A DNA stretch of 64,000 nt. Source: an uncultured Flavobacteriaceae bacterium. Lineage in GTDB: Bacteria > Bacteroidota > Bacteroidia > Flavobacteriales > Flavobacteriaceae. This document shows, piece after piece, positions 62,243 through 64,000 of this stretch. How positions within the stretch are numbered: position 1 is the first letter of the stretch; every line of letters starts with the position of its first letter. The notes beneath the pieces were generated by a model. It was not told the origin of the DNA, made no database searches, and saw nothing but the letters and a program-made list of their open reading frames with translations. The DNA lies in NCBI GenBank assembly GCA_963740155.1, contig CAVUDE010000004.1, forward strand, positions 33,454 to 97,453, given 5' to 3'. The position numbers and the translations under genes were made by a program.

Positions 62243-64000
62243 CTAATAATGAACTTCAATTAATTGGATTTTCCCGCTTCTGTCAAAAATGGATGGACTG
62301 ATGCTTTTACCTAGATTCAATCCCATGACCGTTTCAACCGCGCCATTAGAGCGCTTCAGCACAATCTGGTTTTTGCCGTTGTGATGGTAGATGACTGGAA
62401 TCTGGCAATAGGTAAATGCTACAGATCCAGACGGAACCTCTAAGGATTGCGCTTGATCATCAATATCATAATATTCAAACACCGCGTCAGACTTGAGCAA
62501 CTCATCATCCCTGAGCAATTGCGGATTAAAGACAATGAAACCCTTGCGCACGTAAACTCCCAGTTCCATAAATCTGGATAGGATATCCTCTTTTACCTGC
62601 CCAGTCATTCCCGGTTGTTGCGCACCTTTATTGCCCGGCGTATGTGAGTATGGATCCGTAGGGAAAGCCCCGTAAAGTTCTGGCGACTTGTGGACGCCTA
62701 TTCCCTCATTCATCTCATAATAGTGTTCCAGTAGCTTGCCTATCAGCACCTCATCATCTGTGGAATTGATGGCTTTTACGCAGTTTTCCATGACGGCAAG
62801 TACAAGTTTTGACACCATGTGCCAGTAAATCGATCCCAGCCCCTCGTAACCGAAGAATGTCCCAGACCTACCCGTAAATGCCTTGTGATTGAATAAGGTT
62901 TCAAAATCTGCCAGCAGCTGGCTTTTCTCTTTCTTCACCAGACCCTTATATTTTTCTGGTAGGCTTTCTAATGCATGTTCTAGACTATCGGCATTATTAA
63001 ATTTACCATTGTAGTGGTAATTGCCATCTGCGTCTGTTTCAATCACCTGCTCATTTCCATGATCTACCAGTTTACCTAGCAGGGTAGATGATTCTACCAT
63101 GGATGGTGGAATGTTGTTCTTATCAACAAACCTCGCCAGATCCTTATCTGGATACAGCAAATAACTATATTGATCCTCACGGAAGAGCTTACTGGATTTA
63201 AGACCATTCATGACTTCCAGCGAGTCCTGTAGCGAGATCGCACCAGAACTTAAGACGGCGACCTGTCCCTCCAGCATTTCAGGCAGGTGGCTCACAACTG
63301 TCTCATCGTTCTTAATGGTAATCAGATTGTAGGAATGATAAAGGTTATCATCTCTTCTGTTTGCCTTGATGGTGTGTTTCAGGTGCTTTTTGACCGTCGC
63401 GATATATCCCTGCAATTGCTGCTTGCCTACAGTCTTCTGGTTTCCAGAAAATCCATGTGTGTACACCCGTGTGCGATAGCGATCCCCAGCTTTACCTAGG
63501 TGATCCATGATGGTTTTGCGGCTTTGGTTTGTACGCTTTCGCGAAAGCGTGCCCTCATCATCCCTCAACACTTCTGTAATGCTTTGTAACATTTCAAAAA
63601 GTTCTACGGATACCTCTACTTCTGGGAGTTGTTTATCTTGAATCAATTCATCAAAAAAGTGCATGAATCGGTAGAGGTAGTTGAGCGTTACCATGGAAAC
63701 ACCGTTGCCCACCAGTGCGTTGTTTGCGTCATTCCATTCTGGTCGCTGGGTGTTCATCCATATGCCGGCTTCTGGGATGAAGTTTGAAATTTTGGCGAGT
63801 GTGGTGACCAGGATTTTTTCGATAAAACTGACGCGGTAAATGTCATTTTGCACGGTCATAAGTGCACCATCTGCCCCGATTTGCTCGCGGCGATCCCGCA
63901 CTTGCTGATCCAGCTCATGGTCAAAGTCGATGGTATCCTGTGGATCGCTCACTATATCCTCATAGGACTTGATTTTATAAGGAACGTTTGCGTACACAAA
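62243..64000 (-). CDS. Probable GH149 beta-1,3-glucan phosphorylase, C-terminal part (5' end outside the window)
   Basis: RPEWNDANNALVG, LEGQVAVLSSG, YEGLGSIYWHMVSKL, YGAFPTDPYSHTP, QQPGMTGQVKEDI. I recognise these as GH149-like from memory and PUL context; not database-verified. Confidence 0.7.
   Translation of the reverse strand, partial: FVYANVPYKIKSYEDIVSDPQDTIDFDHELDQQVRDRREQIGADGALMTVQNDIYRVSFIEKILVTTLAKISNFIPEAGIWMNTQRPEWNDANNALVGNGVSMVTLNYLYRFMHFFDELIQDKQLPEVEVSVELFEMLQSITEVLRDDEGTLSRKRTNQSRKTIMDHLGKAGDRYRTRVYTHGFSGNQKTVGKQQLQGYIATVKKHLKHTIKANRRDDNLYHSYNLITIKNDETVVSHLPEMLEGQVAVLSSGAISLQDSLEVMNGLKSSKLFREDQYSYLLYPDKDLARFVDKNNIPPSMVESSTLLGKLVDHGNEQVIETDADGNYHYNGKFNNADSLEHALESLPEKYKGLVKKEKSQLLADFETLFNHKAFTGRSGTFFGYEGLGSIYWHMVSKLVLAVMENCVKAINSTDDEVLIGKLLEHYYEMNEGIGVHKSPELYGAFPTDPYSHTPGNKGAQQPGMTGQVKEDILSRFMELGVYVRKGFIVFNPQLLRDDELLKSDAVFEYYDIDDQAQSLEVPSGSVAFTYCQIPVIYHHNGKNQIVLKRSNGAVETVMGLNLGKSISPSIFDRSGKIQLIEVHY
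63533..63550. repeat. Iterated palindrome, exact copy in the GH149-like gene (TLSRKR)
   Basis: ACGCTTTCGCGAAAGCGT. Confidence 0.95.

Noticed and set aside
1-64000. tRNA, rRNA, CRISPR, prophage or defence genes
   Set aside because: None recognised by eye. A tRNAscan-SE/Infernal run would be needed to exclude small RNAs.

Overview
A Bacteroidota chromosome segment, most likely Flavobacteriaceae. This is inferred from the SusC/SusD pair, a T9SS type B C-terminal domain, TAnnTTTG promoters and PafA. It holds housekeeping genes (thrS-infC, rpmI-rplT, aconitase, a three-PPIase/MoxR operon, mlaEF, a DEAD-box helicase, an M1 aminopeptidase). It also holds a ~4,090-aa T9SS adhesin gene (C-type lectin, HYR, lamin-tail, 22 x 74-aa repeats, Ig-like modules) transcribed divergently from a TPR-histidine kinase/LytTR pair, a decayed IS256-type element with an 8-bp target duplication, and a beta-1,3-glucan (laminarin) PUL (GH149-like, GH3, three GH17 including an MFS-GH17 fusion, SusC/D, two surface lipoproteins). 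No rRNA, tRNA or CRISPR array was seen. The main unexplained signal is a highly iterated palindrome, ACGCTTTCGCGAAAGCGT. Its exact 14-bp core occurs 11 times in 64 kb, 7 times inside genes and in all three reading frames, including thrS. Second is a 616-bp duplication at the infC 3' end that looks like Campbell-type integration of a tiny integrase-less circle. Many ORFs carry single-base indels, which may be assembly errors. All family assignments come from motif recognition, not database searches.
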